Assembly (NCBI GenBank): GCA_964416985.1
Contig: CAYQFS010000001.1
Location: 19,413-83,412 of the forward strand
DNA length: 64,000 bases
DNA from: an uncultured Candidatus Saccharibacteria bacterium
GTDB taxonomy: Bacteria > Patescibacteriota > Minisyncoccia > Phycocordibacterales > PALSA-1337
Direction of reading: 5' to 3'
This document shows, piece by piece, positions 49,051-59,242 of the stretch (positions are counted from its first letter, which is position 1; every line of letters starts with the position of its first letter). Below the pieces are notes generated by a model, which saw only the letters and a list, made by a program, of their open reading frames with translations, searched no databases and was not told the origin of the DNA. The position numbers were made by a program, and so were the translations under genes.

Positions 49051-49118
49051 ATAAAAAATGTTCGCTTTCGGCGAACTTCAGATAGGGAGAGTATAGCAGA
49101 AGGGGAGGGAAAAGGCAA
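49051..49118 (-). promoter_or_regulatory. nusA promoter with a leader attenuator-like hairpin
   Basis: TTGCCT-17-TATACT, then GTTCGC-CGAAA-GCGAAC-ATTTTTT before the start codon. Confidence 0.6.
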
Positions 49119-49262
49119 TAGGAAAGGCGATCCCTTGGAGAATTGTTTCCCTCAACCCCTTCCGGCAACGGTCGGGGTTTTGCTATTCCAATTTGGAATA
49201 TCAAAGATTCATGCCCGCTTATACACAATAATATATGCATATCCCCATGATATAATTGTCCC

Positions 49263-51008
49263 ATGTTCATTGAAGACTCCCAGCTCAATAAATTTATTCT
49301 TGATTCAAACCTTGTTTCAGAGGCTGATCTTCTGGCTGCAGAGAGCCAAGCGGAGGAAAAAGGGGTGCGTCTTGGGGACGTGCTTGTCAGTTCAGGCAAG
49401 ATTACCGAGGATAATCTTCGCAGAATGCAGGCCTATGTTCTTGGAATTCCTTTCGTCGACCTCAAGGATAAGAAAATACCCTTTGAAACACTCTCTCTTA
49501 TCCCTGAACCAGTAGCTCGAACGCACAATATTGTAGCGTTCAAGAAAAACGACGACTCTCTCGAAGTGGCGATGCTCGACGTCGACGACCTTTCGGCAAT
49601 CGATTTCATAAAAAAGAAGGTAAATCTAAAGATTCTTGCCAGACTTACAGATACCGAGTCGATCAAGAACGCAATTGTTCAGTATCAAAAAAGCCTTAAA
49701 GCGGAGTTCGGGGACATTATTCAAAAAGAATCCGAGACACTTAAAACTATTGCTGAGGAGAATGGGAACACTGCTTCGGAAGAGGATCTAAAAAAGATTG
49801 CTGAGGATTTGCCAGTAGTACGTATTGTCGATACGCTTTTGAAGCACGCCATTATCCAAAATGCTTCTGATATCCATATTGAACCAATGGATACAGAACT
49901 TCTTGTTCGATACCGTATTGATGGACTTCTTCATGATGCCATGGTTTTGCCAAAGAATGCTGAGCCTTCGATCACTGCCCGTATTAAGGTACTCTCAAAC
50001 CTTAAACTCGATGAAAAGCGATTGCCTCAGGACGGGCGATTCAAGATAGAAATGAACAATGAGAAAGTTTCTTTCCGTGTTTCTATCTTGCCGACGTACT
50101 ACGGAGAAAAAACAGTTATGCGACTTCTCCGAGAAAATGTTTCCGGATTTACTCTCGAGTATCTCGCTTTTCATGGGGAAGGACTTGATGCTATTCATCA
50201 TGCTGTGACTCAGACGACGGGAATGATCCTCACCACAGGGCCAACAGGTTCCGGAAAGACGACCACCCTCTATACGATTCTTGATATTTTGAATACTCCG
50301 GATGTAAATATTTCTACCATCGAGGATCCGGTTGAGTATCAAATGAAAAGAATCAACCAGACTCAAGTTAATCCTGATATTGGTTTCTCATTTGCTTCGG
50401 GACTTCGAACATTGGTGCGACAGGACCCAGACATCATCATGGTGGGAGAAATTCGAGATAATGAAACGGCAGCTTTGGCGGTCAATGCTTCTCTCACTGG
50501 ACACCTTGTGCTCTCTACACTTCACACCAACAGTGCCGCAGGGGCAATTCCTCGACTTCTCGATATGAAGATTGAGCCATTTCTTCTTGTTTCGACTATC
50601 AACATTATCATTGCTCAGAGACTTGTCCGACGTCTTTCTGAGAACAAAGAGAAGTATTTTCTTTCAAAGGCCGAACTTGAATCCCTTGGGAAGGCGGTCG
50701 ATCTTGGTCGGGTTTTGAATTTCCTCAAGACTGAAAAAATCATCAGAGAAGATTCCTGGGATAAAATAGCATTTTATAGGGCGGTCCCGGGCAAGGAGGA
50801 TGATGGTTACAAAGGTCGAATTGGAATTCACGAAGTTCTTCGTGTCACTCAGTCGATTCGAGAACTTATTATAAAAGGATCAACAACTGAGGAAATTGAA
50901 GGTCAGGCAAAGAAAGAGGGAATGCTTACGATGATCGAGGATGGAATTTTTAAGGCGGTTCAGGGTCACACCACGATTGAGGAGGTTTTGCGAGTCGTTT
51001 CAGAATAA
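49263..51008 (+). CDS. pilB: Type IV pilus assembly ATPase (PilB/GspE)
   Basis: ASDIHIEP, RLPQDGR, GPTGSGKTTT, EDPVEY, RQDPDIIMVGEIRD and TGHLVLSTLHTN. Confidence 0.95.
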   Translation: MFIEDSQLNKFILDSNLVSEADLLAAESQAEEKGVRLGDVLVSSGKITEDNLRRMQAYVLGIPFVDLKDKKIPFETLSLIPEPVARTHNIVAFKKNDDSLEVAMLDVDDLSAIDFIKKKVNLKILARLTDTESIKNAIVQYQKSLKAEFGDIIQKESETLKTIAEENGNTASEEDLKKIAEDLPVVRIVDTLLKHAIIQNASDIHIEPMDTELLVRYRIDGLLHDAMVLPKNAEPSITARIKVLSNLKLDEKRLPQDGRFKIEMNNEKVSFRVSILPTYYGEKTVMRLLRENVSGFTLEYLAFHGEGLDAIHHAVTQTTGMILTTGPTGSGKTTTLYTILDILNTPDVNISTIEDPVEYQMKRINQTQVNPDIGFSFASGLRTLVRQDPDIIMVGEIRDNETAALAVNASLTGHLVLSTLHTNSAAGAIPRLLDMKIEPFLLVSTINIIIAQRLVRRLSENKEKYFLSKAELESLGKAVDLGRVLNFLKTEKIIREDSWDKIAFYRAVPGKEDDGYKGRIGIHEVLRVTQSIRELIIKGSTTEEIEGQAKKEGMLTMIEDGIFKAVQGHTTIEEVLRVVSE

Positions 51009-51014
51009 ATTTTT

Positions 51015-52235
51015 ATGGCACATTTTATTTTTAAAGCAAGAAAATCAGGAGGACAGGTCTACAAAGGCGAGCGGGATGCAAACGACCGCTACGAAATGTA
51101 TCGTATCCTCAAGCAATCCGGAGACGAGGTTCTTTCTGTTGAGGAGAGAAAGGGCTTTTCATTTTCAAAAATCTTTTCGACCTCGATTCCATTTCTAAAT
51201 GGCGTCAAAGCTCACGAGAAAATTATCTTTACGAGAAATCTTGGTTCAATGATCAAGGCCGGTCTTTCAATGTCGAGGGCTCTTACGGTTATGCAGAAGC
51301 AGGGAAAGAGCAAGCAGATAAAGAAGATTATCACTACTCTCATTGAAGAAATTAGCAAAGGAAAGACGTTGAGTGAGGCCATGGGTCTTTTCAAGAATAT
51401 GTTTTCTCCCCTCGTCATCTCGATGGTTCATTCTGGAGAGCAGAGTGGAACTTTGGCAGAGGCACTCAAGGTTGTCTCGACCCAAATGGACAAAAATTAT
51501 ACCCTTCAAAAGAGAATCCGTGGAGCCCTCATGTATCCTGGAATCATCCTTTGCGCAATGATCATTATTGCCATCATTCTTCTTACTTTCATCGTCCCTA
51601 CTCTTATGAAGACATTTTCGGAACTCAATTTGACTCTTCCGGCATCGACGAGGTTCATACTTTGGATAAGCTCGACCATTCAGAATCATGGAATCATTCT
51701 CTTTTTGGCAATTGTTATCATCGCAGGACTTCTCTATATCTGGTCTCGTCAAGAAAATGGAAAGAAGGTGATTCACTATGCTGTTCTTAAAATTCCTGTC
51801 ATTGGAAATTTGATAAAAGAAGTCAATGCTGCTCGTACAGCTCGATCCCTTTCATCTCTTGTTAACTCTGGAGTTGATGTTCTTGAGTCGATCAAGATCA
51901 CAACCGACATTGTTCAAAACGTTCATTATAAGAGAGTCCTCCAGGAGGCAGCGGTGAGTGTTGAGAAAGGAGAACCAATCTCAAAAATATTTACCGAAAA
52001 CGACAAGTTGTATCCTCTCTTTCTTGGTGAAATGATAAGCGTGGGAGAAGAGACAGGAAAAATAGGGGAGATGCTCCTTGGTGTGGCTGTGTATTATGAA
52101 GATGATGTTGATCAGAAGACGAAGGATATGTCGACGATTATCGAACCGGTACTTATGGTATTCATTGCTGCTGCCGTAGGATTTTTTGCTGTCGCCATGA
52201 TTTCTCCTATGTATTCGCTTGTAAATTCACTTTAG
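51015..52235 (+). CDS. pilC: Type IV pilus platform protein (PilC/GspF)
   Basis: Two GspF repeats (GEQSGTL, GEETGKI), ALMYP and IEP. Confidence 0.95.
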   Translation: MAHFIFKARKSGGQVYKGERDANDRYEMYRILKQSGDEVLSVEERKGFSFSKIFSTSIPFLNGVKAHEKIIFTRNLGSMIKAGLSMSRALTVMQKQGKSKQIKKIITTLIEEISKGKTLSEAMGLFKNMFSPLVISMVHSGEQSGTLAEALKVVSTQMDKNYTLQKRIRGALMYPGIILCAMIIIAIILLTFIVPTLMKTFSELNLTLPASTRFILWISSTIQNHGIILFLAIVIIAGLLYIWSRQENGKKVIHYAVLKIPVIGNLIKEVNAARTARSLSSLVNSGVDVLESIKITTDIVQNVHYKRVLQEAAVSVEKGEPISKIFTENDKLYPLFLGEMISVGEETGKIGEMLLGVAVYYEDDVDQKTKDMSTIIEPVLMVFIAAAVGFFAVAMISPMYSLVNSL

Positions 52236-52238
52236 ATC

Positions 52239-54038
52239 ATGATATCGAAAAAAGGATTCACTCTTCTTGAGGTACTCGTAAGCGCAGCAGTTTTTCTTAT
52301 AATTGCTGTTGCTTTGTATCGTACATACGCAAGTCTTTTCTCTCTCACAAGTGTGACACAGTTTAAGATCCTTGCCCTCAATGCAGCAAATGAGCAGTTT
52401 GAAATTATCCGGAATCTTCCATATGCAGATGTTGGAGAAGTGAACGGAATTCCAAATGGAAAAATTCCTCATTCGCAAACTGTTGTCCGTGGAGGGGTGA
52501 CATTTACTATTACTACAAATATCAGAAACGTCGATCTTCCGTTTGACGGAACTCTTGGAGGGAATCCAAACGATCTTTCACCAGCTGACAATAAACTTGC
52601 CGAGGTTCGTGTTGACTGTGCGACGTGCAAAAATTATGTGCCGATCACACTTACTACAACAGTCTCTCCTAAGAATCTCGAAACCGCTTCGACTAACGGT
52701 GCTCTTTTTATTAAAGTCTTTGACGCCAATGGTCTTCCGGTCTCGGGTGCAACAGTTCGTGTTGTAAATACAAAAGTCACACCAAATATTGTCGTCCAGG
52801 ATGAAACTGATGTAAACGGTATGCTCCAGATCGTCGATGTTCCGCCTGGAGTGCAAGCCTATTCGATTACGGTTTCAAAGTCCGGTTATTCTACTGCTCG
52901 AACATATCCTCCTGGAGGTACTGTCAACGGATATTTAAATCCAACTCCAACCCAGCCTGATTCAACGGTCGTCGTCCAGCAAGTAACACAAGTCAGTTTC
53001 GCTATTGATCGTGTAAGTACCCTTTCATTCAAAAGTGTTTCTCCGACGTGTACTCCAGTTGGCGGTCTCGATTTTAATCTATTTGGATCAAAAACAGTCG
53101 GTGTAGGTATACCAAAATTTATTACAAATCTCGTGACTGACGGAGCAGGGAATTATTCAAGTACGACGATGGAATGGGATTCCTACAATGTCACAGGGAT
53201 CGACACGACATACGATATAGTAGGTATCAATCCACTGAACCTTATTCCTCTAAATCCAAACAGTAACCAAGATGTAAAATTGATCGTCATTCCAAAAGAT
53301 CCGAGAAGCCTTCTCATTACTGTAAAAGACAGCTCGACGTTACTTCCTTTGACGGGAACAACAGTCGACGTCACTGGACCATCTTCATATTCAAGTTCTA
53401 AAGTAACTGATAGGGGATATATAAATCAGACTGATTGGTCAGGGGGAGCTGGGCAGGATATGTACAGCAACCCAAACCAGTATTTTCTCGATAATGCGAG
53501 CGTGGCTGTTGATTCCCCGACGGGCGAAATTAAACTCAGAACCATTTTTGGATCATATGCTCCGTCTGGAACTCTCGAGTCTTCTACGATTGATACCGGT
53601 TCTCCAAGTAACTTTTATAATTTAATCTGGGCGCCAACAGACCAGCCGGTAGCTACGGGTTCAACGAGCCTCAAATTCCAGATTGCTACAAATAAGGAAC
53701 TAACGGCAACATCAACATGGGATTACAAGGGTCCCGACGGGACTTCTGCGACATATTACACTCCCGAAAATTCTGTCATCAACAGCATCCATAATGGAGA
53801 TCAGTACGTTCGTTACAAGGCTTTTCTTTCGACACTTTCTGCGACATCAACACCAAATGTCTCTGATATTGCTTTCACATTTACTTCGTCATGCACACCA
53901 CCAGGACAAGTTGTTTTTTCGGGACTCTCTGCCGGAACATATCATGTGACTGTCTCAAAAAATGGCTATACCACGACACAGATTGATGTTCCTGTATCCT
54001 CTAACTGGACTGAGCAGCAGATAATTCTTGCACCCTAA
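52239..54038 (+). CDS. Large minor pilin with carboxypeptidase-regulatory-like Ig domains
   Basis: Prepilin cleavage site KKG/FTLLEVL; repeated YxITVSKxGY beta-sandwich motifs. Confidence 0.85.
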   Translation: MISKKGFTLLEVLVSAAVFLIIAVALYRTYASLFSLTSVTQFKILALNAANEQFEIIRNLPYADVGEVNGIPNGKIPHSQTVVRGGVTFTITTNIRNVDLPFDGTLGGNPNDLSPADNKLAEVRVDCATCKNYVPITLTTTVSPKNLETASTNGALFIKVFDANGLPVSGATVRVVNTKVTPNIVVQDETDVNGMLQIVDVPPGVQAYSITVSKSGYSTARTYPPGGTVNGYLNPTPTQPDSTVVVQQVTQVSFAIDRVSTLSFKSVSPTCTPVGGLDFNLFGSKTVGVGIPKFITNLVTDGAGNYSSTTMEWDSYNVTGIDTTYDIVGINPLNLIPLNPNSNQDVKLIVIPKDPRSLLITVKDSSTLLPLTGTTVDVTGPSSYSSSKVTDRGYINQTDWSGGAGQDMYSNPNQYFLDNASVAVDSPTGEIKLRTIFGSYAPSGTLESSTIDTGSPSNFYNLIWAPTDQPVATGSTSLKFQIATNKELTATSTWDYKGPDGTSATYYTPENSVINSIHNGDQYVRYKAFLSTLSATSTPNVSDIAFTFTSSCTPPGQVVFSGLSAGTYHVTVSKNGYTTTQIDVPVSSNWTEQQIILAP

Positions 54039-54670
54039 TGATTTTCATTATGTTTTTTAAAAGGCCACACAAGCATGCAAAAGGATTTACTCTCGTTGAG
54101 ATACTTATTGCTGTCGCCATTTTTATTGTAATTATATACACAGTTGGATCATTGCAGACAAATATTTTGACATATGACAAATATGCGAGCGATGTTATTT
54201 CGAGTGCACAGGATGCGCGAGTGATTCTTCGAAATATTGTCCAGGAACTTCGTTCTTCCAAGACTGGGAACAATGGCTCGTATCCAATTGCCCAAGCAGC
54301 TACAAGCACCATAGTTTTTTATAGCGATATCGATGTTGATGGTCTACAGGAGCAAGTTCGCTACTTCATCAGTTCGAATAATTTGAAGAAAGGAGTAGTA
54401 AAGCCCTCAGGTTCTCCTCTTGGCTATGATGGTGCTGAGACTGTCACGACATTGGCGTATAATATAAAGAATGGGACATCGACTGCTCTCTTTGAGTATT
54501 TCGATAGCAACTACAATGGCACGTCGAGTCCATTGAGCCAGCCGGTAGTCGTCAATGCAGTCCGTCTTGTAAGAATTAATCTTCTCATTGATGCTGATCC
54601 ACGACGATCTCCGATTCCTCGTCTTTATACATCGGATGCCACACTTCGAAATCTTAAAGATAATCTATGA
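54038..54670 (+). CDS. Minor pilin (PilW-like)
   Basis: AKG/FTLVEILIA and C-terminal LRN. Confidence 0.85.
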   Translation: MIFIMFFKRPHKHAKGFTLVEILIAVAIFIVIIYTVGSLQTNILTYDKYASDVISSAQDARVILRNIVQELRSSKTGNNGSYPIAQAATSTIVFYSDIDVDGLQEQVRYFISSNNLKKGVVKPSGSPLGYDGAETVTTLAYNIKNGTSTALFEYFDSNYNGTSSPLSQPVVVNAVRLVRINLLIDADPRRSPIPRLYTSDATLRNLKDNL

Positions 54671-56139
54671 AATATTTTGACAAAAAAATGCAATTTGAAA
54701 CTTCAAAAGGAATCATTCTTTTGAATGTGCTCGTTTTTTCTGTGATCGCGATTATCGTGACTATGGCTCTCATCAACTGGGCAACAGCGACTCTTCGAAG
54801 CTCGAAACAGCTTGGTGCTCGTGAACAGGCATTCCAGATTGCCGAAGCCGGAATCGATTACTATAGATGGCATCTTGCTCATGCCCAGTCTGACTATACA
54901 GATGGGATCTCAACAACTACTACCGGTCCGTTCATCCATGCCTTTAAAGATAAGGATGGAAATGCTCTTGGGCAATATGAACTGACGATCACTCCACCTC
55001 CTATTGGCTCAACAGTCGTAAAAATAAAATCAAAGGGGACTGTCGTCGAAGATCCAAAAGTTTCTCGAACGATTCAGGTGACGCTCGCTATCCCTTCTCT
55101 TGCAAAATATGCTGTTGCCGCAAACGACATTATGAGATTTGGAGAGGGGACAGAGATTTTTGGACCGATTCATTCAAATGACGGAATTCGTTTTGATGGA
55201 ATTGCACACAATGTTATTACCAGTGCAAAAGATAAATATATTGATCCTGATCAAGGAACTCATAACCCTTCATGGTATCAGTTTGGAGTATATACAACGG
55301 TTAATCCAGCTGAGACGAATAATGATACCACTCCTCCAAGTAATGTTCCCAATCGCCCTGACGTCTTTATGGCTGGGCGACAGTTTCCTGTTCCAGCAAT
55401 TGACTTTGTCGGTCTCACAACAAATCTCTCTCAGATGAAGAGTGCTGCTCAATCGAATGGAAGATATTTTGCAGCATCTGGAGCACAGGGGTATTACATT
55501 CTCCTTAAAAATAATGACACCTTCGATCTTTACAAGGTCACGGCTTTGACAAATGCTTCGAATAACTGCACAAATGACAACCAGAATCAAGATAATTGGG
55601 GAACGTGGAGCATTTCAACAAAGACATTTATGGCAAACTACGCCTTTCCTGCAAATGGAATTATTTTTCTTGAGGATCATGTTTGGATTGATGGGAAAAT
55701 AAATACGGCTCGTCTCACCATTGCTGCCGGGAAATTTCCTGATAGTCCCTCAACCCGAAAAAGTATTACTATCAACAAAGATCTTGAGTACACAAATTAT
55801 GATGGTCAGGATACTGTCGCTCTCATCTCACAAGGGGATATTAACGCTGGCCTCTCAAGCGATGATGATATGAGGATTGACGCAGCTCTCATTGCTCAGA
55901 ATGGACGAATTGGCCGCTACTATTATTCAAGCAGATGCGGCACGGGCTACACTAGGACAAAAATTACTCTCTATGGAATGATCGCAAGCAACAAACGCTA
56001 TGGTTTTGCTTACACTGATGGAACAGGCTATCAGGCACGAAGTATCATCTACGATTCAAACCTTTTGTATGCTCCTCCGCCCAACTTTCCTCTTACATCG
56101 AGCCAGTATACAACAATCTCTTGGGATGAAGTTAAGTAG
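54667..56139 (+). CDS. PilX-like minor pilin
   Basis: KG/IILLNVL (no Glu5), AFQIAEAGI and C-terminal SWDEV. Confidence 0.8.
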   Translation: MKYFDKKMQFETSKGIILLNVLVFSVIAIIVTMALINWATATLRSSKQLGAREQAFQIAEAGIDYYRWHLAHAQSDYTDGISTTTTGPFIHAFKDKDGNALGQYELTITPPPIGSTVVKIKSKGTVVEDPKVSRTIQVTLAIPSLAKYAVAANDIMRFGEGTEIFGPIHSNDGIRFDGIAHNVITSAKDKYIDPDQGTHNPSWYQFGVYTTVNPAETNNDTTPPSNVPNRPDVFMAGRQFPVPAIDFVGLTTNLSQMKSAAQSNGRYFAASGAQGYYILLKNNDTFDLYKVTALTNASNNCTNDNQNQDNWGTWSISTKTFMANYAFPANGIIFLEDHVWIDGKINTARLTIAAGKFPDSPSTRKSITINKDLEYTNYDGQDTVALISQGDINAGLSSDDDMRIDAALIAQNGRIGRYYYSSRCGTGYTRTKITLYGMIASNKRYGFAYTDGTGYQARSIIYDSNLLYAPPPNFPLTSSQYTTISWDEVK

Positions 56140-56199
56140 GATGTATGAAGCAGGTAGTACGAGTAGAGCGCCCGTGACCCCCGTGGTATACTTTTTGGT

Positions 56200-56958
56200 A
56201 TGAAAAGAAAAATTATTGTCGGAAATTGGAAAATGCGGCCTGTGCACCTCGATGAAGCAAAGAGAGTATTTGGAGCAATCAAGAGAACTGCAGTGAAACT
56301 TTCCTCGACTCACGTCGTTATTTGCCCCTCTTTTACTTATATAGATGCTCTTAGAGCAAAAAGGGGACCAGCAGTTGTAGGGATCGGAGCACAGAATGCG
56401 TATTTTGAACAAGAAGGCTCATTTACCGGAGAAGTTAGCCCGACAATGCTTCATGATATGGGAGTGACTCATGTTATTCTTGGTCATTCAGAACGGCGCG
56501 AAATGGGAGAGACTGATGAAATGATTTCAAAAAAAGTTCAAGCTGTACTTGATGCAGGAATGCATCCGATTCTTTGTGTTGGTGAAAAAGAGAGGGATGC
56601 TCAAGCGCTTTATCTAAATACCCTTCGAACTCAGATCAAAAATTCTCTCGCAAAGATTCCAAAGAGGCTTGCAGGACAGCTCATTGTGGCGTACGAACCG
56701 GTTTGGGCAATCGGGGCCAAGGATCCAATGGATCCAGCGACCATTCAGGAAATGAGCATTTTTGTAAAGAAAACAATTTCTGAGATGTATGGCCATGACA
56801 ATGGCATAGCGACGCCGATTCTTTACGGCGGAGCGGTGAACTTTAGAAATGCGGGGGATATTATCGCAAGGGGAGGCGTTGACGGACTTCTTGTTGGAAG
56901 GGAAAGCGTCAATGCCCCTGGTTTTACAGAACTTCTTAAAACGGTTGATTCTATATAA
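56200..56958 (+). CDS. tpiA: Triosephosphate isomerase
   Basis: GNWKM, GHSERR, AYEPVWAIG and LYGG. Confidence 0.97.
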   Translation: MKRKIIVGNWKMRPVHLDEAKRVFGAIKRTAVKLSSTHVVICPSFTYIDALRAKRGPAVVGIGAQNAYFEQEGSFTGEVSPTMLHDMGVTHVILGHSERREMGETDEMISKKVQAVLDAGMHPILCVGEKERDAQALYLNTLRTQIKNSLAKIPKRLAGQLIVAYEPVWAIGAKDPMDPATIQEMSIFVKKTISEMYGHDNGIATPILYGGAVNFRNAGDIIARGGVDGLLVGRESVNAPGFTELLKTVDSI

Positions 56959-56969
56959 TTAAACCTATC

Positions 56970-58103
56970 ATGAACTATCTCAGAGATTTGAAAAATTTGG
57001 CAGGGGTAAAAGTTCTCGTGAGGCTTGATCTCAACGTGCCTGTGTACAATGGAAAGGTTGTCGATGATTTTAGAATTAGGAAGATTTTGCCAACTATCGC
57101 ATTTCTTCAGGAACAAAAAGCAAAAATCATTTTGATGAGCCATATCGAGAGTCCAGCAGACAATCCTTCTCTTGTCCCTGTAGCTGAGCACTTGAAGGAG
57201 CTTGGTATCGAGTGTATTTTTGTTAAAAATTATAAAAATGCTCTTGTTTCAATCGAAAAACTCTCCCCGGGCTGCATTATGCTTCTTGAGAATCTTCGTG
57301 AATACGAGGGAGAAAAGAAAAATGACAAAGCTTTTGCGAAGGAGCTCGCTTCTCTTGGAGACATTTATGTAAATGATGCATTTGCAGTCTCTCATCGTGC
57401 TCATGCCTCTGTTTCAGCTATTACAAAGTTTCTTCCAAGCTACGCCGGACTTCTTTTCGAAAAGGAAATTGAGCACTTGGGAAGCGCTTTCAATCCTGAT
57501 CATCCATTTCTTTTTATTCTTGCTGGGGCAAAGTTCGAGACAAAGCTTCCACTCATTGAGAAATTCATTGAGATTGCTGATCATGTTTTTGTTGGAGGTG
57601 CTCTCGCAAACAATTTTTTCAAAGAGCAGGGAAAAGAAATAGGGAGATCGATGGTTTCTCCTGAGAATTTTAACCTCGATCGTTTCATGAAGAGTCCAAA
57701 ACTCCTTCTTCCTCCGGACACTCTCGTTGTTGATGGCGTAACTTCTGTCAAAAAAGTTGGGTCAATCAAATCTGATGAAATTATGTATGATGCCGGCCCC
57801 GAAACTCTCGCTATGCTCGAAAAAGCTGTTGGAGCGGCAAACTATATTCTCTGGAACGGTCCTCTCGGCGCGTATGAGCAAGGCTATAAACAGCCGACTC
57901 TCGAACTTGCACGAATGATTGCACAGGCCACAGCTCGTGGCGCAAAATCGATCCTCGGAGGAGGGGATACGCTCGCCACAGTGGCTGAACTTAACTTCGA
58001 AGACAAATTTACATTTGTTTCGACAGGAGGAGGAGCTATGCTCGAGTATCTCGCGAAGGGGACATTGCCAGGAATAGAGGCGCTTGAGGAGGTGAAGGTT
58101 TAG
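56970..58103 (+). CDS. pgk: Phosphoglycerate kinase
   Basis: RLDLNVP, LLENLR, NDAFAVSHRAHAS, WNGP and STGGGA. Confidence 0.97.
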   Translation: MNYLRDLKNLAGVKVLVRLDLNVPVYNGKVVDDFRIRKILPTIAFLQEQKAKIILMSHIESPADNPSLVPVAEHLKELGIECIFVKNYKNALVSIEKLSPGCIMLLENLREYEGEKKNDKAFAKELASLGDIYVNDAFAVSHRAHASVSAITKFLPSYAGLLFEKEIEHLGSAFNPDHPFLFILAGAKFETKLPLIEKFIEIADHVFVGGALANNFFKEQGKEIGRSMVSPENFNLDRFMKSPKLLLPPDTLVVDGVTSVKKVGSIKSDEIMYDAGPETLAMLEKAVGAANYILWNGPLGAYEQGYKQPTLELARMIAQATARGAKSILGGGDTLATVAELNFEDKFTFVSTGGGAMLEYLAKGTLPGIEALEEVKV

Positions 58104-58463
58104 TTACAACTCCTTTCTTATTTTTTCCGCATTTTCTTTAAAATCCTTCGGGTCTCCTTGCACCTCTCTGTTTGGAAATACCCAGATGTGAGCATGGGGG
58201 ACTTCGTCGCCGACTATCTTGCTGAGGATAAAATTTGTATCAAAAGCCTTGCGCTGGGTAAGAGCAATTTTCTTTGCAACTTCAAAATACGCTCCTACAT
58301 TTTCATAATCCCAAACCCATCGAACGTGCTTTTTGGGAATGACTTGGCAGTGGCCGGGGGATTGAGGATGTATATCGAGAAAGGCAATAAAATCCTTGTC
58401 TTCATAGACAATTTCCGCCGGAATTTCTTTTTTAACTATTTTGCAAAAGATACAATTTTCCAT
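58104..58463 (-). CDS. HIT family nucleotide hydrolase
   Basis: [13 protein letters not shown] and VPHAHIWV (HxHxW variant). Confidence 0.92.
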   Translation of the reverse strand: MENCIFCKIVKKEIPAEIVYEDKDFIAFLDIHPQSPGHCQVIPKKHVRWVWDYENVGAYFEVAKKIALTQRKAFDTNFILSKIVGDEVPHAHIWVFPNREVQGDPKDFKENAEKIRKEL

Positions 58464-58529
58464 GGATTGATTATATCAAATAAAAGGCAACCTCGGCTTT
58501 GTGGGCCGAGGTTTGTGATTCTTTTTGAA

Positions 58530-59087
58530 TCAGGGACGGAATTTGACAGAGCCTTTCCCTCGAGAGTTCGTTGCAAGTCTCATGATCGGTGCTGGTGGAG
58601 GAGTCAGACAATCAAGGATGTGGCGAGGAAGGGCGTAGGGGCCATCTGTGGCGATCGATATACAAGGATGTCTCAAACCGATTGCACGCAAAGTGGCGAT
58701 TGTCTCTACTTCCCATTCTGGATCAAATGGGCCTAGGATTTTAGTACCTCCTGTTCTACTTCGCTCAAAGCATTCCTCGCAACGATCCTTCCTTTGAAGG
58801 AAAAAGCCAAAGGGGATGGAGGTGATTCCGTGGACGACCATTCCTGTTGTTCCAAGAGAAGGTAGAGGGGTAGCCCAATCTGCATTTGGCAAATCAAACT
58901 TTGCAACCATACTGCTACAAATTCCCACGAACATGCCTTTTCGAAGAGTGCCTGTAACAGGAGGATGTTGCCCAGTACCGGCCATTCTACAGACTACAGG
59001 GCTTGAAACAGTATCCTTGATAGTCACTCGGTATAACGAATTTAGTGTAACAAAGAGAAAAGTTCCAGTGAAAGGAGTTGGGAGCAT
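58530..59087 (-). CDS. Orphan hypothetical protein
   Basis: 185-aa ORF with an upstream TTGACA (about 59200-59205) and a downstream hairpin AACCTCGGC/GCCGAGGTT (about 58489-58513). Confidence 0.55.
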   Translation of the reverse strand: MLPTPFTGTFLFVTLNSLYRVTIKDTVSSPVVCRMAGTGQHPPVTGTLRKGMFVGICSSMVAKFDLPNADWATPLPSLGTTGMVVHGITSIPFGFFLQRKDRCEECFERSRTGGTKILGPFDPEWEVETIATLRAIGLRHPCISIATDGPYALPRHILDCLTPPPAPIMRLATNSRGKGSVKFRP

Positions 59088-59242
59088 TGGATTCCTGTAA
59101 AATTTTTAGCTTAGAATCATGGCTAAGTTTGTTGCATTTCACCAAGCAAAAATGTTGCAAGGAGCGATTCCATAAAACCTTACTCTTTACAAGAGGGTGT
59201 GTCAATGATATCTGTGCAAAGCAGAGTGATATACTTGTACCC

